A DNA stretch of 59,711 bases, taken from assembly GCA_041476545.1 (NCBI GenBank), contig JBGOTP010000001.1:1-59711 (forward strand), read 5' to 3'. The translations under genes were made by a program, and so were the position numbers. The stretch comes from Vicinamibacteria bacterium (GTDB lineage: Bacteria; Acidobacteriota; Vicinamibacteria; Vicinamibacterales; CAVVIG01). Within the stretch, counting starts at the first letter, position 1, and every line of letters begins with the position of its first letter. Shown here piece by piece: positions 7,274-17,673 of the stretch. The notes beneath the pieces were generated by a model. That model was not told the DNA's origin. It was given only the letters and a program-made list of their open reading frames with translations, and searched no databases.

Positions 7274-8465
7274 CTACACCGCTTCCACCGCCATCGCGAT
7301 CCCCATCCCACCGCCGATGCAGAGCGCCGCCACGCCGCGCTTCAGCTTCCTGGCCCGCAGCGCATGCACCAGCGTGGTCAGCACGCGTGCTCCGCTCGCG
7401 CCAATCGGATGGCCAAGGGCAATCGCGCCGCCGTTGACGTTGACCTTCGCTGGATCGATCCCGAGTTCCCTCCTGACAGCCACCGACTGAGACGCAAACG
7501 CCTCGTTCAGCTCGAACAGATCGATCTGATCGATCTTCAATCCCGCGCGATCGAGCGCCTGCCGAACAGCGGACACCGGCCCCATGCCCATGACCATCGG
7601 ATCGACGCCGGTTGACGCATAGCTCAGGATGCGCGCCAGAGGCATCCTGCCTCGCTCACGGGCTTTCCCCGCGGTCGTCATCACGAGGGCGGCGGCGCCA
7701 TCGTTGATACCGGACGCATTGCCGGCCGTCACCGATCCGTCCTTCTTGAACGCCGGCTTGAGCGCCGCGAGTTGCTCCAACGTCGTCGAGGGCCGCAGGC
7801 ACTCATCGGCCTCGACTCTTACAGTCAATACAGAGACGCCCCTCCTCTGCGGAATCTCCACCGGAACAATCTCGGCCTTGAAACTTCCGTTCCCTAACGC
7901 CACGCCCGCCCGCTTCTGACTCTCAGCCGCAAAGGCATCCTGATCCGCACGAGACACGTTGTAACGCGTTGCCACTTCTTCCGCGGTCATCCCCATGTGA
8001 CAGGAATTGATCGCGCAGGTCAGCCCTTCCTGGATCATGGAGTCGATGACGTCGCTGTGACCCATCCGATAGCCCCACCGCGCGTTCGTCAGCAGATACG
8101 GTGCGTTGGACATCGATTCGGTGCCGCCCGCGACAATGGTGTCGACATAGCCGACACCGATCGCCTCCACCGCGTGAACGACGGCCTGCAGCCCCGATCC
8201 GCAAACGCGATTCACCGTTTCCCCAGGTACCTCCACCGGAAGACCTGCCTCGATCGCGGCCTGGCGCGCGACGTTCATGCCGGCACCCGCCTGCAGCACG
8301 CACCCGAGGATCACGTCGTCGACATCGCCTGGCGCCACACCGGCACGGGCGATCGCTTCTCGAACGACGATGGCGCCCAGATGGACCGCCGACAGTTCCT
8401 TGAGCGATCCGCCGAAGGCGCCAATCGGCGTCCGGCAGGCGCTCAGAATCACCGCATCCAGATCC

Positions 8466-8473
<8 letters not shown>
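7274..8473 (-). CDS. atoB: Acetyl-CoA C-acetyltransferase (thiolase II)
   Basis: 399 aa. Motifs: [23 protein letters not shown] (active Cys), [23 protein letters not shown]. Confidence 0.92.
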
Positions 8474-9134
<661 letters not shown>

Positions 9135-9156
9135 ATGATTGCTCTACCACCCACGA

Positions 9157-9549
9157 CTACAACCATCCGAGGCGTTTGAACGCGCCGAACATCAAGTAGG
9201 CACCGAGAGACAAGACGAACGAACCGAAGGCCAGCCGCAGATAGGGTCCCGCGAGGCGATTGGCCGCCACCGCGCCGAAGTACGCGCCGATAGTCACCGT
9301 GCCGGCGAGCACGAAGGCCGCGTAGAAATTGACATTGCCATGGCGGTAGTACTCCAGTACCGCTCCGATGCCCACCGGTGGCAACAGGACGGCCAGGCTG
9401 GTGCCAGTAGCGACGTGTTGCCGGAATCCGACCAGGTAGATCAAGGCAGGCACCATCAGCACTCCGCCGCCAATTCCGAAGACCCCCGAGAGCATGCCTG
9501 AGCACAGGCCAATTCCGATCAGAAGCCACAGTGACGGGTTCGGCATCAT
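9157..9549 (-). CDS. TauE/SafE (DUF81)-type membrane protein, half-size (4 TM)
   Basis: Starts at the internal MMPNPSLWLLIGIGLCSGMLSGVFGIGGGVLMVPALIY of track ORF 9157..9630. G.GGG..M.P is the TauE signature. About 130 aa, versus roughly 250 aa for typical family members. Confidence 0.65.
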   Translation of the reverse strand: MMPNPSLWLLIGIGLCSGMLSGVFGIGGGVLMVPALIYLVGFRQHVATGTSLAVLLPPVGIGAVLEYYRHGNVNFYAAFVLAGTVTIGAYFGAVAANRLAGPYLRLAFGSFVLSLGAYLMFGAFKRLGWL

Positions 9550-9759
9550 CGAACCTTTCGTTTCGTTTCTTGGGTTTACGCATCGCCTTCTCGCCTGCCG
9601 GCGTTTGGGGGCGTCCCAAGCAGACGCCATTGTAGAACGCGGCCAGCTTGCTCGGATCCAGGCATTTCGTCGAGAAAATCACGTGCGGACCGGATTCAGC
9701 CCATCTCAAACACGCGGTATGGTCACGTTTGGAGCCTTGTCGCGTTCGATGGAGGTCAC

Positions 9760-10362
9760 ATGTGGATTCTGAAGCGGTCCTGCCCGGTTGTGGTCCTTGT
9801 GCTCGCTGGCGCAGCATGCCATACACGTCCGCCCGCGGTCTCGCCTTCGAGTCAGTCAGCGGTCTCGTCTCCCAGGACGTCGGCGTCGACTCCGACGGTC
9901 TCACCGCGTCCACCCGCGCCATCCCCACAGCCTGCCCCAACAGCGGCGACCGCTCGCCCGGCGGCCGTTTCAATGAGCGAGGAGGATCTGTTCCGCCTGA
10001 AATCGCTCGACGAACTGAACGCCGAGCATCCGCTCGCCGACACCTTCTTCGACTACGACCAGAATGCACTGCGTGACGATGCCCGGGCCACCCTGCAGAA
10101 AGACGCCGCCTGGCTGTCGAAGTGGCCCCAGACGGTCATCAATATCGAGGGTCACTGCGACGAGCGGGGGACACCAGAGTACAACCTTGCGCTCGGAGAA
10201 CGACGTGCATCGGTCGCAAGGGAGTATCTCGAAGGACTTGGCGTGAGCCCGAGCCGGATCCGCATAGTAAGCCTGGGTAAGGAGGCACCATTCTGTCTGG
10301 AGTCGAACGACGACTGCTGGGCGAAGAACCGCCGAGGACACTTCGTTGTCGTCGGGAAGTAG
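9760..10362 (+). CDS. pal: Peptidoglycan-associated lipoprotein (OmpA-family C-terminal domain)
   Basis: Lipobox LAGAAC, a Pro/Ser-rich linker, then FDYDQNALRDDARATL...INIEGHCDERGTPEYNLALGERRA..V..YL. Confidence 0.88.
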   Translation: MWILKRSCPVVVLVLAGAACHTRPPAVSPSSQSAVSSPRTSASTPTVSPRPPAPSPQPAPTAATARPAAVSMSEEDLFRLKSLDELNAEHPLADTFFDYDQNALRDDARATLQKDAAWLSKWPQTVINIEGHCDERGTPEYNLALGERRASVAREYLEGLGVSPSRIRIVSLGKEAPFCLESNDDCWAKNRRGHFVVVGK

Positions 10363-10370
10363 GGCTCGCG

Positions 10371-10808
10371 TTGCCGAGAGCCAGTGGTCGACGGCTTGCC
10401 ATCCGTGCATCGTTGGCGCTTGCCCTTGTTGCGTGCGCACCGGGCCAAATCGACTCCGCATACTGGTGGCGTTCCCCGCGATTCGTCGCCGCCCTGCAAC
10501 TGAGTTCAGCGCAGGCGTCGCTCATCGACGAGATCTATCGAAACACCTTGCCCGAACGTTTGAAGTGCACCGAACAGGCTGAGGCAGCTCGTGCGCGGCT
10601 CGAACGCCTCCTGGATTCGGACAGGCCCGATGACGAGGTGCTCGAGGCAGCCGCATCAGAGTCGGCTGACGCCGATGCCGCCCGACGCAGCCTTCGAACC
10701 AAGATGCTCTACCGGATGTGGCTCGTGCTCACGCCCGTCCAGCGGTCGCAACTTGCCGAACTTGCGGCGAGCCACCCCACGCTCTCGCGACACGGTGACG
10801 AAGTGTGA
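10371..10808 (+). CDS. Periplasmic Spy/CpxP-like (LTxxQ) lipoprotein
   Basis: TTG start. Lipobox LALALVAC. LSSAQ and LTPVQR motifs in a helical protein. Confidence 0.55.
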   Translation: MPRASGRRLAIRASLALALVACAPGQIDSAYWWRSPRFVAALQLSSAQASLIDEIYRNTLPERLKCTEQAEAARARLERLLDSDRPDDEVLEAAASESADADAARRSLRTKMLYRMWLVLTPVQRSQLAELAASHPTLSRHGDEV

Positions 10809-10843
10809 TCGGAACTCGATCCACATTGCGGCTTGAAGTCGAC

Positions 10844-11494
10844 CTAGGAGATCACGCCGCGTCTGACGGCGTACAACACCAACTCGGCGGTGTTGTGTAT
10901 GTCAAGCTTTTGCAGAATGTGCGCGCGGTGCGTTTCGACGGTAGCGACGCCGACCGAGAGCAGGTCTGCAATCCCCTTGTTGCTGTGGCCTTCAGCAATC
11001 AACTGGAAGATTTCCCGTTCGCGCTCGGACAACGAGGCGAAACGGTCCACGATTCCTTTTTCCTCTAGATGTCGAACGTAGTCGTCGAGCATCACCTTGG
11101 CAACCGCAGGGCTGAAGAACGATTTTCCGGCTGCGACAGCGCTGACGCCCCGAATCAGGTCGGTATCGGCTGAATCTTTGAGCATGTAACCACGCGCCCC
11201 GGCCTTTAGCGCCTGAATGATGTAGGCCTCGTCCGCGTGCATGCTCAGAATCAGGACGCGGACCGAGGGTAAACGGCGCACTATCTGGCGAGTCGCCTCA
11301 ATCCCGTTCAAGAAGGGCATGCCTATGTCGAGAATCGCGACGTCGGGCTCGGTCGACAGCGCCTGACGCACGGCCTCTCGTCCGTCGCTCGCTTCCGCAA
11401 CAACCTCCCAATCTGGTCGTTCTTCGAGGATCTTCCGAAATCCCTGGCGCACGAGGGTGTGATCGTCGCCCACCAGAATTCGCAGCTTACCCAC
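10844..11494 (-). CDS. Response regulator, NarL/FixJ (LuxR HTH) family
   Basis: GTG at 11494 (VGKLRILVGDDHTLV) overlaps the kinase stop by 8 nt. REC motifs DVAILDIGMP. C-terminal LSEREREIFQLIAEGHSNKGIADLL. Confidence 0.88.
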   Translation of the reverse strand: MGKLRILVGDDHTLVRQGFRKILEERPDWEVVAEASDGREAVRQALSTEPDVAILDIGMPFLNGIEATRQIVRRLPSVRVLILSMHADEAYIIQALKAGARGYMLKDSADTDLIRGVSAVAAGKSFFSPAVAKVMLDDYVRHLEEKGIVDRFASLSEREREIFQLIAEGHSNKGIADLLSVGVATVETHRAHILQKLDIHNTAELVLYAVRRGVIS

Positions 11495-12932
11495 CCAGCA
11501 CCTGGCGAGTTGCCTCTTGAGGGACGTCAATTGGGGTCGAATCCGCGCTCGATTCCTCGACGAGTGGAGCACGAGTTTCTGCTGGTACCTCTACGGTCAA
11601 GCGCGTCCCTTTTCCTGGCCCGCTCTCCACGCGAACCGTTCCGCCAAGTTTAGCCGCTCGCTCCCGAATGCCGACGAGACCGAGACCCCGGCTCCCATCG
11701 ACCGAGCGCGTGCTGGTGGCGTCAAATCCGACACCGTCATCTTCGACAGTCACGAGGAGCGTGTTCGTCAGACGCTGGAGGTACACGCGGCAGGTCGTCG
11801 CTCCCGCGTGCTTCGCGACATTGGTCAAGGCTTCCTGTATGATGCGGTAGACCGCCGCCTCGGTTTCGGGCGCGACGCGTTCGTCCATGCGATCGTGGAG
11901 CACGTCGACGCGAATACCGTGTCGTCTCGAAAACCCCTTCAGGTACCACTCCGTTGCGGCAGTCAGACCCAGATCATCGAGTAGCGCTGGGTGAAGCAAG
12001 TGCGACAGATCGCGTACCGTGTGAAGAGCTCCATCAGCAATTGAACGGGCGTCTTCGAGGACATCTGGAGCACCACCTGCGCCATCGATGGCACGCTGGG
12101 CAACTGCGAGCTCGACTTTAATCGCCGTCAGCGCCTGACCGACTTCGTCGTGTAGCTCGCGAGCGATGCTCCGCCGTTCTTCTTCCTGCGCATTGAGCAA
12201 CTTCGCCGAGAGCTGCTGAAGGTCGCGCGTGTTCTGCACGTCCTTCGCTCGCTGCCGGCGAAGGCGATCCTCAAGACGTCCTGCGTACAGCGTGGCGAGC
12301 AGGGCTATGCCTAGGCTTGCGGCAAGGGCGACGCCCAGGCTCTGCCAGATTCGACGCTGGGTCATATGGTACACATCAGCAACCGCGGACTGCTGTTGGA
12401 TGAACGCGCCGCGGTTGAGTGCCTGCGCCTGTTCGGACTGGCCAATCACGAGCTCGCGTTTGGGCATCACGCGGGTGCGCAGCAGCGTGCGAGCTTCCGT
12501 CGGCCATCGCGCGGAGTCTGTGGCTAGCGCGTCCAGCATCGTGCGGCGAAACTCTTCGATTTCGCCGCGCAGCCGCGACACTTCCGCGCGTTCCGTCTCA
12601 GAATCCAGCACGGGCACGTACTGCTGCAACGCCTCGTCGACCACTTTGTACGAGTCCTCCATGCGGCGGCGGTAGTCCACGGCGGTGGCCGGGTCGGGGT
12701 CCAGGAGAGCGTCTCGTACGTAGACCGACCCCAGCAGTACCTGCGTCCGAACGGTCGAGAGCACCTCCTGCGCGCGCATGTACCGTGCGTTGATCGCGGC
12801 AGCTTGTCGTTCGACATCGCCGATCCGACGCGTGAAGTAATACCCGGCGAACAACCAGATTCCGACAACCAGTCCGAACCCGAGAAAAAGTGCGGCTCGG
12901 ATCGGGCGCCCGAGGCGCTCACGCTCCATCAC
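11487..12932 (-). CDS. Sensor histidine kinase, HisKA_3/NarX-like
   Basis: 481 aa. Two TM segments flank a helical sensor. H-box ELHDEVGQALTAIK. HATPase motifs NVAKHA, DDGVGF, GLGLVGIRERA. Confidence 0.88.
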   Translation of the reverse strand: MMERERLGRPIRAALFLGFGLVVGIWLFAGYYFTRRIGDVERQAAAINARYMRAQEVLSTVRTQVLLGSVYVRDALLDPDPATAVDYRRRMEDSYKVVDEALQQYVPVLDSETERAEVSRLRGEIEEFRRTMLDALATDSARWPTEARTLLRTRVMPKRELVIGQSEQAQALNRGAFIQQQSAVADVYHMTQRRIWQSLGVALAASLGIALLATLYAGRLEDRLRRQRAKDVQNTRDLQQLSAKLLNAQEEERRSIARELHDEVGQALTAIKVELAVAQRAIDGAGGAPDVLEDARSIADGALHTVRDLSHLLHPALLDDLGLTAATEWYLKGFSRRHGIRVDVLHDRMDERVAPETEAAVYRIIQEALTNVAKHAGATTCRVYLQRLTNTLLVTVEDDGVGFDATSTRSVDGSRGLGLVGIRERAAKLGGTVRVESGPGKGTRLTVEVPAETRAPLVEESSADSTPIDVPQEATRQVLGG

Positions 12933-13063
12933 AGCGGCATCATATCTCGTGCTGTCGTGTCGGGCGCGGCCTCCACGGTTTTGGTGTCAAGAATACCGGC
13001 CCGACCGGATACGATCAGTCACTGGTTGCGCGTACGCTTCGTGTAACGCTATCGAGTGCCCCC

Positions 13064-13921
13064 ATGCAACCAATCCCCTCGATTCTGGTATTTTGCGACC
13101 TGGACGACACGCTGTTCGAGCCTCATACGTTTTCAGTCGATGCGTCGGCACGGCGCGCGTTGGACCGCATCGAGCGCGAACGACTTCCGGTGGTGTTCTG
13201 TTCGAGCAAGACTCGCGCGGAAATCGAGGTCATTCAGCAGGAACTTGGTATCAACCAGCCGTTCATCTGCGAGGATGGCGGCGCGGCCTTTCTTCCCCAC
13301 GGGTACTTCGGCTCCAGGGCATCCCCGGTCACCGACGTCGCGGGCTACGAGGTCGTGGAATTCGGCCGGCCGCGTGCAGACGTCGTCGCCGCGCTGCATC
13401 GCGCCGCTGATCGGGTGGGCGTGCAGATCGTCGGGTTCAGTGATATGTCGGTAGAGGAGGTTGCAGTCGATTGCGATTTGCCGTTTCTACAGGCGCGACT
13501 CGCAAAGCTGCGTGAGTACAGCGAACCATTCCGTGTTGTTAATGCCACGCACAGCGGAGTTCCGCGTTTGTTCAAGGTGTTGCGCGCGGTGGGGCTCGAG
13601 TGCACGAGTCGCGGTCGCTACTACCACCTCGGATCCAATCGGCTCGGCATCGGTGCCCAGTTTCTTCGCGGCCTGTACCGGCGAGCGTTTGGCGAGGTCA
13701 TGACCGTCGCGTTCGGCGACCACGGGAGCGCTGCGCCGCTCCTGCGGCAAGCGGACATTCCGTTGGTCGTCGCATCCGGCGCCTTTGGCGAGACGGCGCA
13801 TCTGCTGGCCAGCGTTCCAGCCGCTCGTCTCATTGTTGTCGATTCCGTGGGCACATGGGCCGAGGGGATCCTCGAAATCGCAGACGCAGCGCAACTCAGA
13901 AAACGCTCATGTTCAGCCTGA
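13064..13921 (+). CDS. HAD-IIB phosphatase, mannosyl/glucosyl-3-phosphoglycerate phosphatase-like
   Basis: Starts at the internal MQPIPSILVFCDLDDTLF (DxDxT). VVFCSSKTRAEI...PFICEDGGA resembles the MpgP/YedP family. I reject the upstream part of the track ORF. Confidence 0.65.
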   Translation: MQPIPSILVFCDLDDTLFEPHTFSVDASARRALDRIERERLPVVFCSSKTRAEIEVIQQELGINQPFICEDGGAAFLPHGYFGSRASPVTDVAGYEVVEFGRPRADVVAALHRAADRVGVQIVGFSDMSVEEVAVDCDLPFLQARLAKLREYSEPFRVVNATHSGVPRLFKVLRAVGLECTSRGRYYHLGSNRLGIGAQFLRGLYRRAFGEVMTVAFGDHGSAAPLLRQADIPLVVASGAFGETAHLLASVPAARLIVVDSVGTWAEGILEIADAAQLRKRSCSA

Positions 13922-14029
13922 TTGTCATAGCCCGCTGCTGCTCTGTTTCCGCGGCACACGCAGTCTGAACGGGCAGGAGTCCGAATCTTGATGGTCTCCG
14001 ATCGCCGCAAGAAGCAAAGCGAGGTGAGC

Positions 14030-14110
14030 ATGTCTGCATTGAGCTTTCTCTTGGTACTCAACGCGATTATTTTTGTGTACGACCACTCGAAGATGTGGTG
14101 GCGCAAATAA
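14030..14110 (+). CDS. Candidate 26-aa single-TM small protein
   Basis: GAGGTG SD 3 nt before the ATG. MSALSFLLVLNAIIFVYDHSKMWWRK*. Lies in an AT-richer intergenic patch and is below the ORF-track size cutoff. Confidence 0.35.
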   Translation: MSALSFLLVLNAIIFVYDHSKMWWRK

Positions 14111-14126
14111 AGCCCTGCACTACTCC

Positions 14127-14819
14127 TCATTGCCGCACGGTGCGCTTCTCGATGCGCTTTTCGTACGTCGCGCCCTTGAAGAGATGTTTAACGTAAATGC
14201 CTGGCGTGACGACGTGGTCTGGATCGATCTCACCGGGCTCCACGAGATGCTCGACCTCGGCGATCGTGACGCGTGCCGCCGTGGCCATCACCGGATTGAA
14301 ATTGCGCGCCGTTCGCCGGTACACGAGATTGCCGACGCGATCGCCCTTCCACGCCCGGACGAACGCAAAGTCCGCTCGCAGCGGCATCTCGAGGACGTAC
14401 GGCTTGCCGTTGATGAGTCGCGTTTCCTTCCCTTCGGCGACGATGGTGCCGTAGGCGGTTGGCGTGAAGAACCCCCCAATGCCGGCGCCGGCAGCGCGAA
14501 TCCGTTCGGAAAACGTGCCCTGCGGCACGAGATCCACGTCGATTTCCTTCGTCAGGAACTGGCGCTCGAATTCCTTGTTTTCGCCGACGTAGGTCGAGAT
14601 CATCTTCTTGACCTGCCGCGCCTTCAGCAGCACGCCGATCCCGAAATCGTCGACGCCCGCGTTGTTGCTGATAAGCGTGAGGTTCTTCGTGCCTCGGGCG
14701 AGCAGCGCCTGGATCAAGTTCTCGGGAATGCCGCAGAGGCCGAAGCCTCCCATCATGATCGTGGCGCCGTCGGGAACGAGCGCGATGGCCGCGTCCGCAT
14801 TCGCAAGGACTTTGTTCAT
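14127..14819 (-). CDS. scoA: 3-oxoacid CoA-transferase subunit A
   Basis: 230 aa. Collinear with E. coli AtoD (DGATIMMGGFG, LTLISNNAG, VPQGTF.E.IRA.GAGI.GF.T). Confidence 0.92.
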   Translation of the reverse strand: MNKVLANADAAIALVPDGATIMMGGFGLCGIPENLIQALLARGTKNLTLISNNAGVDDFGIGVLLKARQVKKMISTYVGENKEFERQFLTKEIDVDLVPQGTFSERIRAAGAGIGGFFTPTAYGTIVAEGKETRLINGKPYVLEMPLRADFAFVRAWKGDRVGNLVYRRTARNFNPVMATAARVTIAEVEHLVEPGEIDPDHVVTPGIYVKHLFKGATYEKRIEKRTVRQ

Positions 14820-14862
14820 TGAGGCTTGATTATAGTCGGACGCGACAACGACTCTGCCGCTC

Positions 14863-15300
14863 CTATCGCGTCGCGTCGACGGTCCGGACGTGTCCCTGTT
14901 TCGCGTAGCTGAGAATGCGCTTGTCGCATGTCACGAGTGCCGCGCCCGTCAGCCGGGCGGTCGCGATCAGGATGCGATCGGCCGGGTCTCGGTGTAGCGA
15001 TCCGGGAAGGCGTGTGCTTTCGATGGCAATCGAGGGCGAGAGCCCCTTCAGCTGGACGCCGGGGAAGGCCAGCGCCCGTCCCACCCACGTGCGCACATCC
15101 TGAGAGAGCTCGATGCGGTGGATCGCTTGGAGCAGCGCGATTTCCCAGACGGAGATCGTCGAGACAAGGAGATCGCCGCGCTGGACCGCGGCTTCGACGA
15201 GGGGTCCGATCCGCCGCGAGAACCGCTTGGGCTCGTTCTCGACATACCAGACCCAGATGTGTGTGTCGAGCAGGAGCCCGCGATCCGCGTCACGATCCAT
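14863..15300 (-). CDS. vapC: PIN-domain toxin (VapC family)
   Basis: Starts at the internal MDRDADRGLLLDTHIWVW. WEIALL, RDPADRILIATA and LVTCD are PIN acidic positions. Overlaps the antitoxin stop by 11 nt. Confidence 0.8.
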   Translation of the reverse strand: MDRDADRGLLLDTHIWVWYVENEPKRFSRRIGPLVEAAVQRGDLLVSTISVWEIALLQAIHRIELSQDVRTWVGRALAFPGVQLKGLSPSIAIESTRLPGSLHRDPADRILIATARLTGAALVTCDKRILSYAKQGHVRTVDATR

Positions 15301-15622
15301 CGTCCCAGCCTGCGAGCGCCTCCCACGGCTCATCGAGCGGGCTGACGATATCGCCGAGCACCTTGACCGTGCCTTTCATGCTGCCGAGCAGCGGACGCCG
15401 CACCACGCGGATGGGCACCAGCTTGGCGACCGGCGTGCCACGCTTCGTGATGACGTACTCGCCACCCCGGTCGCGCACTTCGTCCATGATGGCGAGACAG
15501 CGGGCCTTGAACTCGCCCGCGGAGATTTCCCGGCTGCCGCCGGCGGGAGCGGCCTCCGGAGCGTAGATCGCGGGAGATTCCCGCACGGAGGACGGGCGTT
15601 GTTTGGGTGTCTGGTATTTCAT
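15290..15622 (-). CDS. Phd/YefM-type antitoxin
   Basis: ISAGEFKARCLAIMDEVRDRGGEYVITKRGTPVAKLVP is the Phd/YefM N-terminal fold pattern. The start is ambiguous (ATG at 15622 or 15628). Confidence 0.75.
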   Translation of the reverse strand: MKYQTPKQRPSSVRESPAIYAPEAAPAGGSREISAGEFKARCLAIMDEVRDRGGEYVITKRGTPVAKLVPIRVVRRPLLGSMKGTVKVLGDIVSPLDEPWEALAGWDDGS

Positions 15623-15644
15623 GACCATGGATCCATGACCATGG
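15620..15644. promoter_or_regulatory. Operator-like repeats at the antitoxin start
   Basis: CATGACCATGG occurs twice (15620-15630, 15634-15644). They bracket the perfect 12-bp palindrome CATGGATCCATG (15626-15637). Confidence 0.3.
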
Positions 15645-15688
15645 TAACACATGCCGCTGCGTCAAGCCCCAACGCGCCCTATCACCCG

Positions 15689-16576
15689 CTACTTCGTCAG
15701 ACGCTCCCGCCATCGGGCCGCAGCTTGAAACACCTCGGTCAGCCGTTCACCGTCGGCGAGATCGCGACGCAGGTCGGTCAGGATGGCGATGAGAGTGTCG
15801 AGCGAGGCGCCAATCTCATCGCTGTTTGTGGCGGCGATGTCCTTCCAGATCTCCGCCGAGCTCGACGCGAGTCTCGTGGTATCGACCAAGCCGCGCCCCG
15901 CGAGCGCCAGTCCTTCGCCGCCGACCGCATCGCCAACCGTCTGCATCAGCGCGCTGGCCGTCAGCTGTGGAAGGTGACTCAGAAACGCCAGCAGACGATC
16001 GTGGGCGCCGGCCCCCATCATCCGCGGCTCGGCGCCAAGTGCCTGAACAAAGGACAGCAGTTGTTCGAGCCCGCCGCCGGGGGCGTCGCCTGACGGCGTG
16101 AAGAGCCACGGACGGCCCTTGAAGAGATCCGGCCTGGCGTGCTCGAGGCCGCTCGCCGCGGACCCTCCGAGTGGATGGCCGCCCACGAACATAAATCGTG
16201 CTGGCAGTCTGCGCGCCGCCTCCACAATCGCGCGCTTCGTGCTGCCGACGTCGGTGATCACGGCCGGCGTTCGTACGTTCTCGTCGAGCTCCTCGAGGAG
16301 CGCGAGATTCTGCCGGACGGGGGCGGCGAGGATCACGACGTCGGCTTCGGCCAGCACGATGAGGTGGTCGGCCGCCACATCGATCGCGTGAAGGCGCATG
16401 GCGGTTTCGAGCACGTCTTTGTTGTCGACGCCGATGACGAGCGCGCTCGGCCAGATCTCGCGGGCCGCCAGCGCGATCGATCCCCCGATCAATCCGAGAC
16501 CGACAATGCCGATGCGTTGGAAGACGGGCGGCTGTCGATCGACAGGCCGCCCGGGTTGGATGACAGGTAGCGCCAC
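15689..16576 (-). CDS. tyrA: Prephenate/arogenate dehydrogenase
   Basis: 295 aa. Rossmann motif IGIVGLGLIGGS. GSTK and GGHP motifs of the TyrA family. Confidence 0.88.
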   Translation of the reverse strand: MALPVIQPGRPVDRQPPVFQRIGIVGLGLIGGSIALAAREIWPSALVIGVDNKDVLETAMRLHAIDVAADHLIVLAEADVVILAAPVRQNLALLEELDENVRTPAVITDVGSTKRAIVEAARRLPARFMFVGGHPLGGSAASGLEHARPDLFKGRPWLFTPSGDAPGGGLEQLLSFVQALGAEPRMMGAGAHDRLLAFLSHLPQLTASALMQTVGDAVGGEGLALAGRGLVDTTRLASSSAEIWKDIAATNSDEIGASLDTLIAILTDLRRDLADGERLTEVFQAAARWRERLTK

Positions 16577-16580
16577 GTCT

Positions 16581-17648
16581 TCAGTCTCTCCGACCGCGGC
16601 CTGCGACGGATTCCAGACAGATCCCGCGGCCGATCGCCGGGGCGATGATGCGGAGTTCGGCCATCAGGCGATCGAACTGCTGCGGGAGCAGGGCCTGGGG
16701 GCCGTCGCTCAGGGCGCGATCGGGATCACCGTGCACTTCGACGAGCAGACCATCGGCACCGGCGGCGACCGCGGCGCGAGCCATGGGAGCGACCATGTCG
16801 CGGCGTCCCGCCGCATGGCTCGGATCCGCGACCATCGGGAGGTGGCTCAGTTTCTTGACGATCGGAATGGACGACACGTCGAACGTGTTGCGGGTGGCCG
16901 TTTCGAACGTGCGGATCCCCCGCTCGCAGAGAATCACTTCGCTGTTGCCACCGCTCAGAATGTATTCCGCCGACAAGAGCAGCTCTTCAATCGTCGCCAT
17001 CAGCCCGCGCTTTAAGAGGACAGGTTTCCGGGCGTGTCCGAGCTCCCTCAAGAGCGTGTAGTTCTGCATGTTGCGGGCCCCCACCTGGAAGATGTCGCAG
17101 TACTCTCCCACGAGCGGGATCTGGCTCACGTCCATCACTTCCGAGACGAGCACCAGCCCCTCCGCCCTGCTGGCGTCGCGCAGGAGGCGGAGCCCCTCCT
17201 CGCCGAGCCCCTGAAAACTGTACGGCGAACTGCGCGGCTTGAACGCACCGCCGCGGAACACCTTGGCACCGGCACGCCTCACGGCCGCCGCCGTCGCCCG
17301 CACCTGCGTCTCGCTCTCAGCGGAACACGGTCCGGCCATCACGATGACTTCATCACCACCGATGCGCACGTCGCCGACGGTAATGACCGTGTTCTCCGGC
17401 TTGAACGTGCGGCTCGCCAGTTTGTAGGGCTCTGAAATGCGCACCACGTCGTGCACGCCGTCGAGCATCTGGATTAGTCCTGGATCGGGCCTGGTCTGCC
17501 CGACGACGCCCAGCACCGTCCGGGTGGCTCCGGTCGATCGGTGCACGTCCATCCCCATCCCCACCAACCGGGCCACGACGAGTTCGATCTGCTCTTCGCT
17601 CGCCCGCTCCTGCATTACGACAACCATGAACTTTCTCGCCTCCACCAC
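16581..17648 (-). CDS. aroF: 3-deoxy-7-phosphoheptulonate (DAHP) synthase, type I-beta with N-terminal regulatory domain
   Basis: 355 aa. KDO8PS-like core (GPCS.ES, KPR.SPYSFQG, LKRG, DPSH) after a ferredoxin-like N-domain. Confidence 0.9.
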   Translation of the reverse strand: MVEARKFMVVVMQERASEEQIELVVARLVGMGMDVHRSTGATRTVLGVVGQTRPDPGLIQMLDGVHDVVRISEPYKLASRTFKPENTVITVGDVRIGGDEVIVMAGPCSAESETQVRATAAAVRRAGAKVFRGGAFKPRSSPYSFQGLGEEGLRLLRDASRAEGLVLVSEVMDVSQIPLVGEYCDIFQVGARNMQNYTLLRELGHARKPVLLKRGLMATIEELLLSAEYILSGGNSEVILCERGIRTFETATRNTFDVSSIPIVKKLSHLPMVADPSHAAGRRDMVAPMARAAVAAGADGLLVEVHGDPDRALSDGPQALLPQQFDRLMAELRIIAPAIGRGICLESVAGRGRRD

Positions 17649-17673
17649 GAATGCCTGGTGCCCGGGTCTCCCC

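Noticed and set aside
14073-14822. 249-aa plus-strand ORF.
   Set aside because: It is the antisense shadow of scoA, which aligns end to end with AtoD-type CoA-transferase subunit A.
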